A stretch of DNA of 53,463 bases, taken from Gemmatimonadota bacterium (lineage in GTDB: Bacteria; Gemmatimonadota; Gemmatimonadetes; Palauibacterales; KS3-K002). Shown piece by piece: positions 1 through 9,048 of the stretch. The position numbers and the translations under genes were made by a program. The notes beneath the pieces were generated by a model. It did no database searches. It had not been told where the DNA came from and worked only from the letters and a program-made list of their open reading frames with translations. The stretch lies in assembly GCA_039586795.1 (NCBI GenBank), contig JBDHJS010000024.1, forward strand, positions 1-53,463, read 5' to 3'. Position 1 is the first letter of the stretch; each line of letters begins with the position of its first letter.

Positions 1-72
1 GCTGAGCGCCCCAGGGGGCGCTGAGTTCTCCTCCGGCGGCTTCTTTGGTGCACTGGGTATTCGGTTCACGCT

Positions 73-1203
73 GTGAGCGGTAGCAGACGGCAGGGCGGGC
101 ACGAGCTCGACGAACGGTTCATGCGACGGGCGCTCGAATTGGCCAGACGCGGCTGGGGGCACGTGGCGCCCAACCCGATGGTCGGCGCCGTGCTTGTCCG
201 AGACTTAGAAGTCATCGGCGAGGGCTTTCACGCCGAGTTTGGTGGCGCGCACGCCGAAATTGCTGCTCTCGAGTCGGCCGTCGGAGGAGCAAAAGGCGCC
301 ACGCTCTACGTGGTGCTGGAGCCCTGCCACCATACCGGTAAGACCGGACCGTGCAGCCGAGCGATCGTCGACGCCGGAATAGAGCGCGTCGTTTGCGCGA
401 TGACGGAGGAGAATCCGACGGCGCGTGGCGGTGCCGAGTGGCTGGCGCAGCAAGGCGTCGAGGTCGAGTTCGGAATCCTCGAGGCGGAAGCCCAGGATCT
501 GAACGCTACGCATCTCAACTCGCAACGGCGTCAGAGGCCCTTCGTCGCGTTGAAATATGCCATGTCGCTGGACGGGCGGCTCTCCGAGCGACCCGGCGAA
601 CCAACACAAATCACTTCGGGCCCATCGATCGCTGAAGCCCATCGACTGCGAGCCGGCCACGATGCCGTGATGATCGGTGTCGGTACGGCGCTGGCGGATG
701 ATCCTCAACTCACGGTCCGCGAGTGGGACGCGCCGCGCGTCCTACCGCTGCGAGTGATCCTCGATTCGGATCTTAGACTTCCTCTCGACGCCAGGCTCAT
801 CGCCGGATCGACTGACGCTCCACTGCTCGTTTTCGCCGCGTCCAACGGCGCTGAGGAGCGTGCCGGCGAGCTCGAGAGCCGGGGTGTAGAGATCGCACGT
901 GTTCCTCGCGACCCGAAGATGGGTCTCGACCTTGGCGCTGTTTTTGCACTTCTATGGGAGCGTGGAATACGCTCTGTGCTTTGCGAAGGCGGCGGTCAGC
1001 TGGGCTCGAGGCTTCTCGCCTTAGGACTCGTGGATCGACTCTACGCGTTCATAGCTCCGCGATTGCTCGGCGAGCCGGGAGTGCCGGCGTTCCAGTTTGG
1101 CCGGGATAATATGTCCCAATACTGGCGGTTGATTGAAACCCAGACGTTCGGGGAAGTCACTCTCCTGGTGCTTTGCCCTGCAGATAGGAACGGGTCAGAG
1201 TAG
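73..1203 (+). CDS. ribD: Bifunctional diaminohydroxyphosphoribosylaminopyrimidine deaminase/reductase
   Basis: PNPMVGAV, HAE and PCHHTGKTGPC zinc-deaminase motifs; KYAMSLDG, DDPQLTVR and EGGG reductase motifs; first gene of rib operon. Exact start uncertain. Confidence 0.96.
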   Translation: MSGSRRQGGHELDERFMRRALELARRGWGHVAPNPMVGAVLVRDLEVIGEGFHAEFGGAHAEIAALESAVGGAKGATLYVVLEPCHHTGKTGPCSRAIVDAGIERVVCAMTEENPTARGGAEWLAQQGVEVEFGILEAEAQDLNATHLNSQRRQRPFVALKYAMSLDGRLSERPGEPTQITSGPSIAEAHRLRAGHDAVMIGVGTALADDPQLTVREWDAPRVLPLRVILDSDLRLPLDARLIAGSTDAPLLVFAASNGAEERAGELESRGVEIARVPRDPKMGLDLGAVFALLWERGIRSVLCEGGGQLGSRLLALGLVDRLYAFIAPRLLGEPGVPAFQFGRDNMSQYWRLIETQTFGEVTLLVLCPADRNGSE

Positions 1204-1857
1204 ATGTTCAGCGGAATCGTCGAAGAGATCGGCGTCATCGAGTCGGTGAAGGAGACGGGCAACGGACGCGAGTTGATCATTCGCGCCGATAGAGTGTTCG
1301 AGGACCTCAAACCGAGCGATAGCATCAACGTGGATGGCGTGTGCCAGACGGTGGTGGAGTTGGGACAGGGCACGTTCAGAGTTCAGGCCATCGCCACGAC
1401 CCTTTCCCGCACAACTTTCGGCGAATTCCGGCATGGCCGTGAGGTCAACCTCGAGCGGCCGATAGCTGCCGGCGGCCGTTTCGGAGGGCATTTCGTCCAG
1501 GGCCACGTCGACGGGGTTGGGACGGTGAAGTCGATGCAGCGGCGTGAGGAGATGTGGCTGCTCCGTGTGGGGATGCCAGACACGGTTAGTCAGTACACTA
1601 TTTTGCACGGATCGATCACGATTGACGGGGTCTCCCTTACGATCAACGACCTGCCCGACGTTGGGACTGCGGAGGTGGCCCTGATTCCTTATACTTATGA
1701 TCACACTAATATGTCGCGCCTGGCCCCCGGAATGCGGGTCAATCTGGAGGCTGACATGATCGGGAAGTATGTGGCGCGTGCGATTGCTGGACACGGGGCG
1801 GGGGAGTCACCGAAGGATTTGATCGAGCGAATGAAAGAGTGGGGCATCGGCTCCTAA
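1204..1857 (+). CDS. ribE: Riboflavin synthase (alpha chain)
   Basis: MFSGIVEE N-terminus, GGHFVQGHVDG, GSITIDGVSLT, VNLEADMIGKY. Confidence 0.97.
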   Translation: MFSGIVEEIGVIESVKETGNGRELIIRADRVFEDLKPSDSINVDGVCQTVVELGQGTFRVQAIATTLSRTTFGEFRHGREVNLERPIAAGGRFGGHFVQGHVDGVGTVKSMQRREEMWLLRVGMPDTVSQYTILHGSITIDGVSLTINDLPDVGTAEVALIPYTYDHTNMSRLAPGMRVNLEADMIGKYVARAIAGHGAGESPKDLIERMKEWGIGS

Positions 1858-1883
1858 CTTTTTAGTTTACAAGAGCTTGGGGA

Positions 1884-3113
1884 ATGAGCGAGATAGAATT
1901 CGATACGGTTGAGGAGGCACTCGAGGCCATAGGTCGCGGCGAGATGGTGATCGTCGCCGACGACGAGGATCGAGAGAACGAGGGGGACCTCGTCTGCGCC
2001 GCGGAGTGTGTTACTCCGGAAATCATCAACTTCATGGCGACGCACGGGCGCGGGCTGATCTGTCTGAGCCTGTCGGCAGAGCGGGTGGAGCAACTGGTCC
2101 TCCCATCGATGGCCGACCAGACGACGGAGTCGCAGGACACGGCGTTTATGGTCTCCATCGACGCGACGCCGGCCCACGGAGTGTCAACAGGCATTAGCGC
2201 GTCGGACAGGGCGCAGACAATCAAAGTGGCGATCGATCCGGCGACGAAGCCCGAGGATCTGCGCCGACCCGGTCACGTTTTCCCGCTGAGAGCGAAGCCA
2301 GGCGGGGTTCTGCAGCGTGTTGGACAGACGGAGGCTTCGGTCGATCTGGCGCGGATGGCGGGGCTGGCACCGGCAGGAGTCATTTGCGAGATCCTCAACG
2401 ACGACGGCACGATGGCGCGGCGTCCCGAGCTCGAGGAGTTCGCGCGTCGCCACAGCCTGAAGTTCGTCACGGTGGCGCAGATCATCTCGCACAGATTGAA
2501 GACCGAGCGCTTGGTGCACCGGGTAGCCGAAGCGCAGCTGCCGACCGAGTACGGCACGTTTCAGGTGGCCGCGTACGCCAACGACGTCGATCGTCGTGAG
2601 CACGTGGCGCTGGTCAAAGGCGATGTCGAGGGCAAAGAAGACGTGCTGGTGCGGATGCACTCCGAGTGTCTTACCGGCGATGTTTTCCATTCACAGCGCT
2701 GCGACTGTGGTGAGCAATTAGTGGCCAGCATGCGCCGCATCGAGGAGGAGGGGTGCGGCGTCGTCGTATATATGAAGCAAGAAGGACGCGGTATCGGACT
2801 GATGAACAAGATCCGGGCCTATCACCTTCAGGAGAAGGGGATGGACACGGTCGAGGCGAACGAGGCACTCGGATTCCCAGCAGACCTTCGCGACTACGGG
2901 ATCGGCGTGCAGGTGCTCCTCGATCTGGGTATCAAGTCGATGCGTTTGATGACGAACAACCCGAAGAAGATCATCGGGCTACAGGGCTATGGGCTGTCGG
3001 TTTCGGAACAGGTTCCGATCGTGGTCAAGCCCAACGAACACAACATGGGATACCTGCAAGCCAAGCGTGATAAACTGGGTCACATGATCCCGGTCGATCA
3101 GGCCGCGAACTAG
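1884..3113 (+). CDS. ribBA: Bifunctional DHBP synthase / GTP cyclohydrolase II
   Basis: [53 protein letters not shown]. Confidence 0.98.
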   Translation: MSEIEFDTVEEALEAIGRGEMVIVADDEDRENEGDLVCAAECVTPEIINFMATHGRGLICLSLSAERVEQLVLPSMADQTTESQDTAFMVSIDATPAHGVSTGISASDRAQTIKVAIDPATKPEDLRRPGHVFPLRAKPGGVLQRVGQTEASVDLARMAGLAPAGVICEILNDDGTMARRPELEEFARRHSLKFVTVAQIISHRLKTERLVHRVAEAQLPTEYGTFQVAAYANDVDRREHVALVKGDVEGKEDVLVRMHSECLTGDVFHSQRCDCGEQLVASMRRIEEEGCGVVVYMKQEGRGIGLMNKIRAYHLQEKGMDTVEANEALGFPADLRDYGIGVQVLLDLGIKSMRLMTNNPKKIIGLQGYGLSVSEQVPIVVKPNEHNMGYLQAKRDKLGHMIPVDQAAN

Positions 3114-3117
3114 AACG

Positions 3118-3594
3118 ATGCGCGAGATATACGGACGGTTTCAAACAAAAGGACGTCGGTTCGCCCTTGTCGTGAGCCGGACGAACGAGTTGGTAACGCG
3201 CCAGCTGCTGTCTGGTGCGGTCGACTGCCTGCGTCAACACGGCGCGGATGACGAACAGATTGATGTGTTCTGGGTGCCTGGAGCTTGGGAATTAGCTCCG
3301 CTGGTTTCGCGGTTGGCGCGTGACGATCGGTACTCGGCGATCGTAGCTTTGGGCGCGCTGATAAGAGGCGCAACACCGCATTTCGATTACCTGGCCGGCG
3401 CCGCGACACAGCGATTGGCCAACGTGGCAACGCACTCGGATTGTTATGTGTCACTCGGTCTACTGACCGCCGACACGATGGAGCAGGCGCTTGAGCGGGC
3501 GGGCAGCAAGGCTGGCAACAACGGCGCCAAGGCCGTATTGGCGGCGATCGAGATGGCCGATCTTCTGGACCAACTGGATGGGGAGTCGCACTAA
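3118..3594 (+). CDS. ribH: 6,7-dimethyl-8-ribityllumazine synthase
   Basis: VPGAWEL, LGALIRGATPHFDY, EQALERAG. Confidence 0.97.
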   Translation: MREIYGRFQTKGRRFALVVSRTNELVTRQLLSGAVDCLRQHGADDEQIDVFWVPGAWELAPLVSRLARDDRYSAIVALGALIRGATPHFDYLAGAATQRLANVATHSDCYVSLGLLTADTMEQALERAGSKAGNNGAKAVLAAIEMADLLDQLDGESH

Positions 3595-4018
3595 AGCCAG
3601 GGCTCGGGTACTGCAGGTCCTCTATGCGTGGGAGATCCGTGGCGGGGCGGAACCGCTTCGCCAGGTGGATCTCGAGATCACTGCGCCCGAGCGTCCGCCG
3701 CTGGACGCACCTGTCCGCGAGTATGCCAACCAACTTCTCGATATCCTCGAGGAGGCGCACCCTCAGGTTGACGCCCGCATCGAAGCGCTGTCTGATAACT
3801 GGCGCCTCTCCAGAATGACGACTATCGACCGTAACATCTTGAGGATTGCCGCTGCCGAGATGTTGCACATCGAGGATGTCCCTCTGAAGGTCTCTCTTCA
3901 GGAGGCAATCTTGCTGGCCGAGTGGTTTGGCACCGATGAGAGTCGGCGCTTTGTCAACGGAGTGCTCGATGCGCTGCTCCGCGAATTGGAACCCGAACAA
4001 ACCTCCGGCACCCGATGA
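3578..4018 (+). CDS. nusB: Transcription antitermination factor NusB
   Basis: RTKARARVLQVLY, WRLSRMTTIDRNILR, FVNGVLD; conserved ribH-nusB order; start taken at ATG 3578 rather than TTG 3491. Confidence 0.95.
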   Translation: MGSRTKARARVLQVLYAWEIRGGAEPLRQVDLEITAPERPPLDAPVREYANQLLDILEEAHPQVDARIEALSDNWRLSRMTTIDRNILRIAAAEMLHIEDVPLKVSLQEAILLAEWFGTDESRRFVNGVLDALLRELEPEQTSGTR

Positions 4019-5187
4019 CCGGAGACCGCCTTAAACTGCTCCTCGTCAACTGGCAGGACATCCAAAACCCACAGGCGGGCGGGGCTGAGATTCACCTGCA
4101 CGAGATCTTCGGCCGCCTGGCAGAGCGCGGACACGAGATCTCGTTGCTCTGCTCGGGCTGGCCCGGCGCCGAGCATCGCGAACGAGTGGATGGCATGGAC
4201 GTCCACCGGGTGGGTGGACGCCATAGCTTCGCCCTGCAAGCCGCCTCGTACTACAGACGCCACCTGAGAGATGTCCGTTTCGATCTGTTGATCGAGGACA
4301 TTAACAAGATCCCTCTGTATAGTCCGATCTGGGCGCGGTCACCAATGATCGCTTTGATTCCGCATCTGTTCGGAAGCACGGCGTTCCAGGAGGCCTCGCT
4401 GCCCATGGCTTCGACGGTGTGGCTGGCCGAGCGGCCGGTGCCATTCGTCTACGAGGGATCGCCATTCCAGGCGATCTCTGAGTCGACCGCGGACGACCTG
4501 GCCGAGCGGGGCGTGCCACGGGACAGCGTCCGGGTCATCTGGCCGGGCATCGACCATGGCACGTTCAGGCCAGACCCGGGGACGAGGCGATTCGACGAGC
4601 CGACTTTCGTCTACGTCGGGCGGTTGAAGCGCTACAAGGGCCTCGAGACGGCCATCGACGCTGTGGCGGAGCTGGCGGCGGAGGGCGTTTCGACCCGGTT
4701 GCTGATCGCCGGGAAGGGCGATCACGAGCCGGCGCTCCGGCAATACGCGGAGCGGATTGCAGGGGGCAGAATCGAGTTTCTGGGCTACATTTCGGAGGTA
4801 GAGAAGGTCGACCTATTGCGCAGAGGCTGGGCGACGGTGTACCCATCTCCTAAGGAAGGTTGGGGGATCACCAACATCGAGGCGGCGGCCTCGGGGACGC
4901 CCGCCCTGGCCTCCGATTCGCCAGGCCTTCGGGAATCGGTAGCCCATGAGGTGAGTGGACTGTTGGTGCCCCACGGTGATGTCGAAGCCTGGTCGGACGC
5001 CATGCGGCGGTTAGCGCTCGACTCCGCGTTGCGCGAGCGGCTGCAAGCAGGCGCCGTCAGGTTCGCCGGCGAATTCAGCTGGGATCGTACGGCGGATGAA
5101 ACTGAAGCCCACCTTTACGAAGTTCTTTCCGAGAGTCCCGTCCGGGACCCTGTACGCTTCAACCCTTCGGTCGTGGAGGTAGGATGA
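4015..5187 (+). CDS. Glycosyltransferase family 4 (GT-B)
   Basis: NWQDIQNPQAGGAE, YVGRLKRYKG, EGWGITNIEA (EX7E) motif. Confidence 0.9.
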   Translation: MTGDRLKLLLVNWQDIQNPQAGGAEIHLHEIFGRLAERGHEISLLCSGWPGAEHRERVDGMDVHRVGGRHSFALQAASYYRRHLRDVRFDLLIEDINKIPLYSPIWARSPMIALIPHLFGSTAFQEASLPMASTVWLAERPVPFVYEGSPFQAISESTADDLAERGVPRDSVRVIWPGIDHGTFRPDPGTRRFDEPTFVYVGRLKRYKGLETAIDAVAELAAEGVSTRLLIAGKGDHEPALRQYAERIAGGRIEFLGYISEVEKVDLLRRGWATVYPSPKEGWGITNIEAAASGTPALASDSPGLRESVAHEVSGLLVPHGDVEAWSDAMRRLALDSALRERLQAGAVRFAGEFSWDRTADETEAHLYEVLSESPVRDPVRFNPSVVEVG

Positions 5188-5534
5188 AAATCTCGATGAC
5201 CGCTCGACACTTCGAGCTAAGCGACACGTTGCGGCAGCATGTGGAAAGCCGTCTAGCAGGTCTGGACCGCTATCACCAGCGCACCTCGCGTATCGAGGTC
5301 AAGCTGACGGAAGAGAAACGTGAGAAACGAGTAGAAGCACGCGCTTTTGTAGACGGAGACTATGACATTCATGCGGAGGCCGCGGCGTCGGATTTTCGAA
5401 CCGCGGTTAACCAGTTATCGGACAAGCTCGCTCGCCAGTTGAAACGGCGACGTGATCGTCGCGTCGATCACCAGGCGCCGCGACTCAACGAAGAGATACC
5501 GGCGGAGGCGGGGTCAGAGGAAGAGGTTCAGTGA
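5184..5534 (+). CDS. hpf: Ribosome hibernation promoting factor (short HPF/RaiA family)
   Basis: MKISMTARHFELSDTLRQHVE..., AVNQLSDKLARQLKR; upstream of hprK. Confidence 0.9.
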   Translation: MKISMTARHFELSDTLRQHVESRLAGLDRYHQRTSRIEVKLTEEKREKRVEARAFVDGDYDIHAEAAASDFRTAVNQLSDKLARQLKRRRDRRVDHQAPRLNEEIPAEAGSEEEVQ

Positions 5535-6490
5535 GTCTCACCGTGCGCGAATTGCTGGAGCTGCGCGGTGGCAGCCTCCAGCTAGAGCTCATCACCACCA
5601 GCGAAAAGGCGCTGGATCGAGTGATTAGTCGGTCGGAGATTTCGAGCCCCGGCCTTGCTCTGACCGGCTTCACCGAGCGTTTCGTCAACGGACGCGTCCA
5701 GGTCCTCGGCGAAACGGAGGTTTCGTACCTGCGTTCGCTTGGCGACGAGGCACGGCGCCGATCGATCGAGACGCTTCTCGCCTTCGATATACCGTGCGTG
5801 ATCCTGACTAAGGGGCAGGAGCCACCGGATGGCCTGCTCGATGTTGCCGAGGGCCGGGGCACGCCGGTCGTTATAAGTCTGCTGAGGACGGCCGAATTCT
5901 ATCGGCGCATCATTCCGTTTATCAATGACCGGTTCTCTCCCCATACGCACGTCCATGGCTCGCTGGCCGATGTGTACGGCGTCGGGCTGTTGTTCGTGGG
6001 GCGAAGCGGTATTGGGAAGAGCGAGTGCGTGCTCGACCTCGTCGAGCGGGGTCACCGGTTGGTCGCCGACGACGTCGTGTCCATTCACCGACCCGGTCAC
6101 GACGTCTTGATCGGTCGCGGTCACGAGCTTGCGCGGCACCACATGGAGATTCGCGGCGTCGGCATCATCGACGTACGTGCGCTTTTTGGTATTCGCGCCA
6201 TTCGCCAGCAGAAGCGTATCGAGGTGATGGTTCAGTTGGAGCACTGGCGCGATCGTGAAGCATACGACCGCACGGGTCTCGACTCTGACTTCATCGAAAT
6301 CCTCGGTGTGCCGATTAGGCGCGTGACGATCCCGCTCAACCCCGGCAAGAACATCACGGTCATATCTGAGGTGGTGGCCATGAACCACCTCCTCAGGTAC
6401 TCGGGTGTGGATTCGGCCGCGCTCTTCAACGCCAATCTGAAGCAGGCGATGGCCCCGATTCGAGAGTACCTGGAAGAGGACTATGAATGA
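5531..6490 (+). CDS. hprK: HPr(Ser) kinase/phosphorylase
   Basis: HGSLADVYGVG, Walker A GRSGIGKSE, HRLVADD, HMEIRGVGII. Confidence 0.97.
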   Translation: MSLTVRELLELRGGSLQLELITTSEKALDRVISRSEISSPGLALTGFTERFVNGRVQVLGETEVSYLRSLGDEARRRSIETLLAFDIPCVILTKGQEPPDGLLDVAEGRGTPVVISLLRTAEFYRRIIPFINDRFSPHTHVHGSLADVYGVGLLFVGRSGIGKSECVLDLVERGHRLVADDVVSIHRPGHDVLIGRGHELARHHMEIRGVGIIDVRALFGIRAIRQQKRIEVMVQLEHWRDREAYDRTGLDSDFIEILGVPIRRVTIPLNPGKNITVISEVVAMNHLLRYSGVDSAALFNANLKQAMAPIREYLEEDYE

Positions 6491-6884
6491 AGAGGTGACC
6501 GGTATCCTCGTCGGTCATGGCAAGCTCGCCGAGGGCTTGCTCGATGCCGTCGAGGGGATCACCGGCACACGAGAAGGAATCGTTGCGGTCGACAACGTAG
6601 GCCTCACTCCCGAGGCGTTGGAAGCCCGGCTGCAGGAACTGGCCGGGTCTGGGCCGGCTCTGGTCTTCGTCGACCTCCCGAGCGGCAGTTGCGCCTTCGC
6701 AGCCCGCCGCCTGAAACTACAGAGGACCGACATGGCGGTGGTTTGCGGAGTGAATCTGCCGCTGTTGCTCGACTTCGTCTTCCATCGCGGGCTGCCACTG
6801 AACGAGGTCGTCGAGCGCTTGCGGTCTCGCGTAGGTGTTTCGATAGAGTACACAACGGATGCCGATTCTTCTGTGTCGGGTTGA
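6483..6884 (+). CDS. PTS mannose/fructose/sorbose-class EIIA
   Basis: LVGHGKLAEG (phospho-His), FVDLPSGS, GVNLPLLL. Confidence 0.92.
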   Translation: MNEEVTGILVGHGKLAEGLLDAVEGITGTREGIVAVDNVGLTPEALEARLQELAGSGPALVFVDLPSGSCAFAARRLKLQRTDMAVVCGVNLPLLLDFVFHRGLPLNEVVERLRSRVGVSIEYTTDADSSVSG

Positions 6885-7350
6885 CGATCGCCTGATTCAC
6901 GGACAGGTCGTGGTGGGGTGGGGCGGTCAGCTCGGCCTGGACTACATCGCCGTCGTCGACGACGACCTTGCGTCCAGCGACTGGGAGCAGGATCTGTATC
7001 GCGCCGGGCTGCCGGAGCGGATCGAAGTGCTTTTCAGGACGGTGGACCAGGCGGTTGGTGAGATCCCGGCCTGGATCGAGACCGCGACCAAGGGCTTCTT
7101 GCTCACCCGCGACGTTCAAACCATGCGGCGTTTGGCCGAAGCCGGTGCGCTGGCTGATGTAGAGGTCAACCTGGGGGGGCTTCACGATGCGCCCGGTCGC
7201 CGACAGGTGTTGCCCTACCTCTTCCTGACTGAGGACGATCGGCGCGACCTGGAGTTTCTCGAGACCAGCGGCGTCCGCGTGACGGCTCGGGATGTGCCCA
7301 CGGCGCGCAAGATCGAAGTCGACGAGATCCTTCAACTCGGATCAGACTGA
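6859..7350 (+). CDS. PTS mannose/sorbose-class EIIB
   Basis: RVDDRLIHGQV signature, VNLGGL. Confidence 0.95.
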   Translation: MPILLCRVDDRLIHGQVVVGWGGQLGLDYIAVVDDDLASSDWEQDLYRAGLPERIEVLFRTVDQAVGEIPAWIETATKGFLLTRDVQTMRRLAEAGALADVEVNLGGLHDAPGRRQVLPYLFLTEDDRRDLEFLETSGVRVTARDVPTARKIEVDEILQLGSD

Positions 7351-8024
7351 CCCTGGAAACATCGACCTATCTTCTCTTGGCCTTCCTCGGTGGAGCGGTT
7401 GGACTGGACGGCGTGTCCGCCGTACAGTCGATGATCTCTCGTCCCATCGTGGCCGCGCCCCTCGCCGGGCTGATCCTCGGGGACCCCCAGTCCGGGATGC
7501 TGGCCGGCGCCCTGCTGGAGATCTTCAGCCTGCACCAGCTGCCCATCGGCGCCAACCGACACTGGGATACGGGACCGGCGGCGGTTGCCGCGGCCGCCGC
7601 CATGCAGTTGTCGGCGGGGCTGATCGGTCTGGTGATCGCGGTTGGCGTTGGCGTATTCGTCGGCTGGGTAGGCAGTTGGCTGGTTCACGGGATGAGACAC
7701 CTCAACGCGCGCCTGGTTGTTGGCGAGACAGGCCGCCGCATGCTCCCATATGAGCTGACCGCCCGACACTTCGCGGCCATGGCCGTCGACTTCACACGCG
7801 CTGCGCTGCTCACGCTGACGGCTCTCTTGGCGGTCCACATGGCACTGGGTGGAGACGGGTCGGCTCCGGAGGTGGCCGGACTGATCGCCGCCGGCGCCGC
7901 GATCGGCCTGGCGGGTCTGGCGCTGGGTGCTGATGTCCGGATGATGGCCGGCGGTCGTCGAGTCTGGCTGGCGTTCGGGGCAAGCGCCGTCGTAAGCGCG
8001 GTGTTCTGGATATGGCTGTACTGA
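7347..8024 (+). CDS. PTS mannose-class EIIC (short)
   Basis: QSMISRPIVAAPLAGLILGDPQSGMLAGALLE...LPIGA; hydrophobic. Start is CTG 7347 (overlapping the IIB stop) or TTG 7377. Confidence 0.88.
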   Translation: MTLETSTYLLLAFLGGAVGLDGVSAVQSMISRPIVAAPLAGLILGDPQSGMLAGALLEIFSLHQLPIGANRHWDTGPAAVAAAAAMQLSAGLIGLVIAVGVGVFVGWVGSWLVHGMRHLNARLVVGETGRRMLPYELTARHFAAMAVDFTRAALLTLTALLAVHMALGGDGSAPEVAGLIAAGAAIGLAGLALGADVRMMAGGRRVWLAFGASAVVSAVFWIWLY

Positions 8025-8767
8025 AGCGTCGTCTCGGGGTGAGGATCTTCCTCAGGAGCCTGTTGGTTCAGGGTTCCTGGAATTACCGGACCATGCAGGG
8101 TGCGGGAATCGGATTTGCCCTCATCCCCGTGTTGAAGCGGCTGCACGGTGGCGACAAGGAGGCGCTGGCGGAGTCCGTGGGCCGTCACACCGGCTTCTTC
8201 AATGCGCATCCCTACATGTCCACGGTCGCCATCGCGGCTCTCGCCCGGATGGAGACCGAGAAATCCGACGTGGAGCAGATCGAGCGGTTCAAGAGGGCCC
8301 TGGTGAGCCCCTTGGGCAGCCTGGGCGACCGGCTTGTGTGGGCACGCTGGCGACCGATTTGTCTGCTGCTGGCCGTTCTGGTGTTTATGGCCGGCGCCGC
8401 CTGGTGGGTGGCGAGCGGCCTGTTTCTGGTATTGTATAACGCCTTACATCTGGCGCTACGGGGTTGGGGTGTGGGGCTCGGATGGCGCGAGGGCCGGCGG
8501 GTGGGGCGGGCGCTGATGTCGTCACCTTTGCGGAGACTGCCCGATCGGCTTACGATACCTTTAGCGATCATCAGCGGAGCGCTGTTGCCGTTGATTGCGC
8601 TCGCGTTGAGCGGCGCCTCCGGGATGGGTCCGATCCCCGCCATTGGAATCGCAGCAACCCTCGCCGCACTGGGCGCCTGGCGTCCAGTGTTGGCTGGACG
8701 TGTAGCCGCATTCGGGATTCTTGTGATCTCGCTGGTATTCATCGTTCTCGGGAAGACGGCATGGTGA
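8012..8767 (+). CDS. PTS mannose-class EIID
   Basis: RSLLVQGSWNYRTMQ, RHTGFFNAHP, PLGSLGDRLVW. Confidence 0.94.
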   Translation: MAVLKRRLGVRIFLRSLLVQGSWNYRTMQGAGIGFALIPVLKRLHGGDKEALAESVGRHTGFFNAHPYMSTVAIAALARMETEKSDVEQIERFKRALVSPLGSLGDRLVWARWRPICLLLAVLVFMAGAAWWVASGLFLVLYNALHLALRGWGVGLGWREGRRVGRALMSSPLRRLPDRLTIPLAIISGALLPLIALALSGASGMGPIPAIGIAATLAALGAWRPVLAGRVAAFGILVISLVFIVLGKTAW

Positions 8768-9045
8768 GCGTGAATCAGGAACACGCACAGGACGTCACCG
8801 TCGCTAATGCGTACGGACTGCACGCCAGGCCGGCGGCCGAGTTCGTCAAGCTCGCGAACACCTTCAAATCCGAGGTCCTCGTGGCGAAGGACGGTTTGGA
8901 GGTGAACGGCAAAAGCATCATGGGAGTGATGATGTTGGCCGCGGAGAAGGGGTCGACTCTGAGCATTCGGGCGATCGGAGTGGACGCCGAGACGGCGGTG
9001 GAGGCGCTAGTCGCGCTTGTTGAGCGCGGGTTCGGGGAGGAGTGA
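8761..9045 (+). CDS. ptsH: Phosphocarrier protein HPr
   Basis: GLHARPAA (His15), NGKSIMGVMML (Ser46). Start ATG 8761 or GTG 8764/8770; the track's 8464 extension overlaps EIID. Confidence 0.96.
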   Translation: MVSVNQEHAQDVTVANAYGLHARPAAEFVKLANTFKSEVLVAKDGLEVNGKSIMGVMMLAAEKGSTLSIRAIGVDAETAVEALVALVERGFGEE

Positions 9046-9048
9046 CGC

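Noticed and set aside
1..72. FMN riboswitch upstream of ribD
   Set aside because: Only a short GC hairpin (agcgccc/gggcgct) is visible and no RFN consensus motifs; anything further upstream is outside the window
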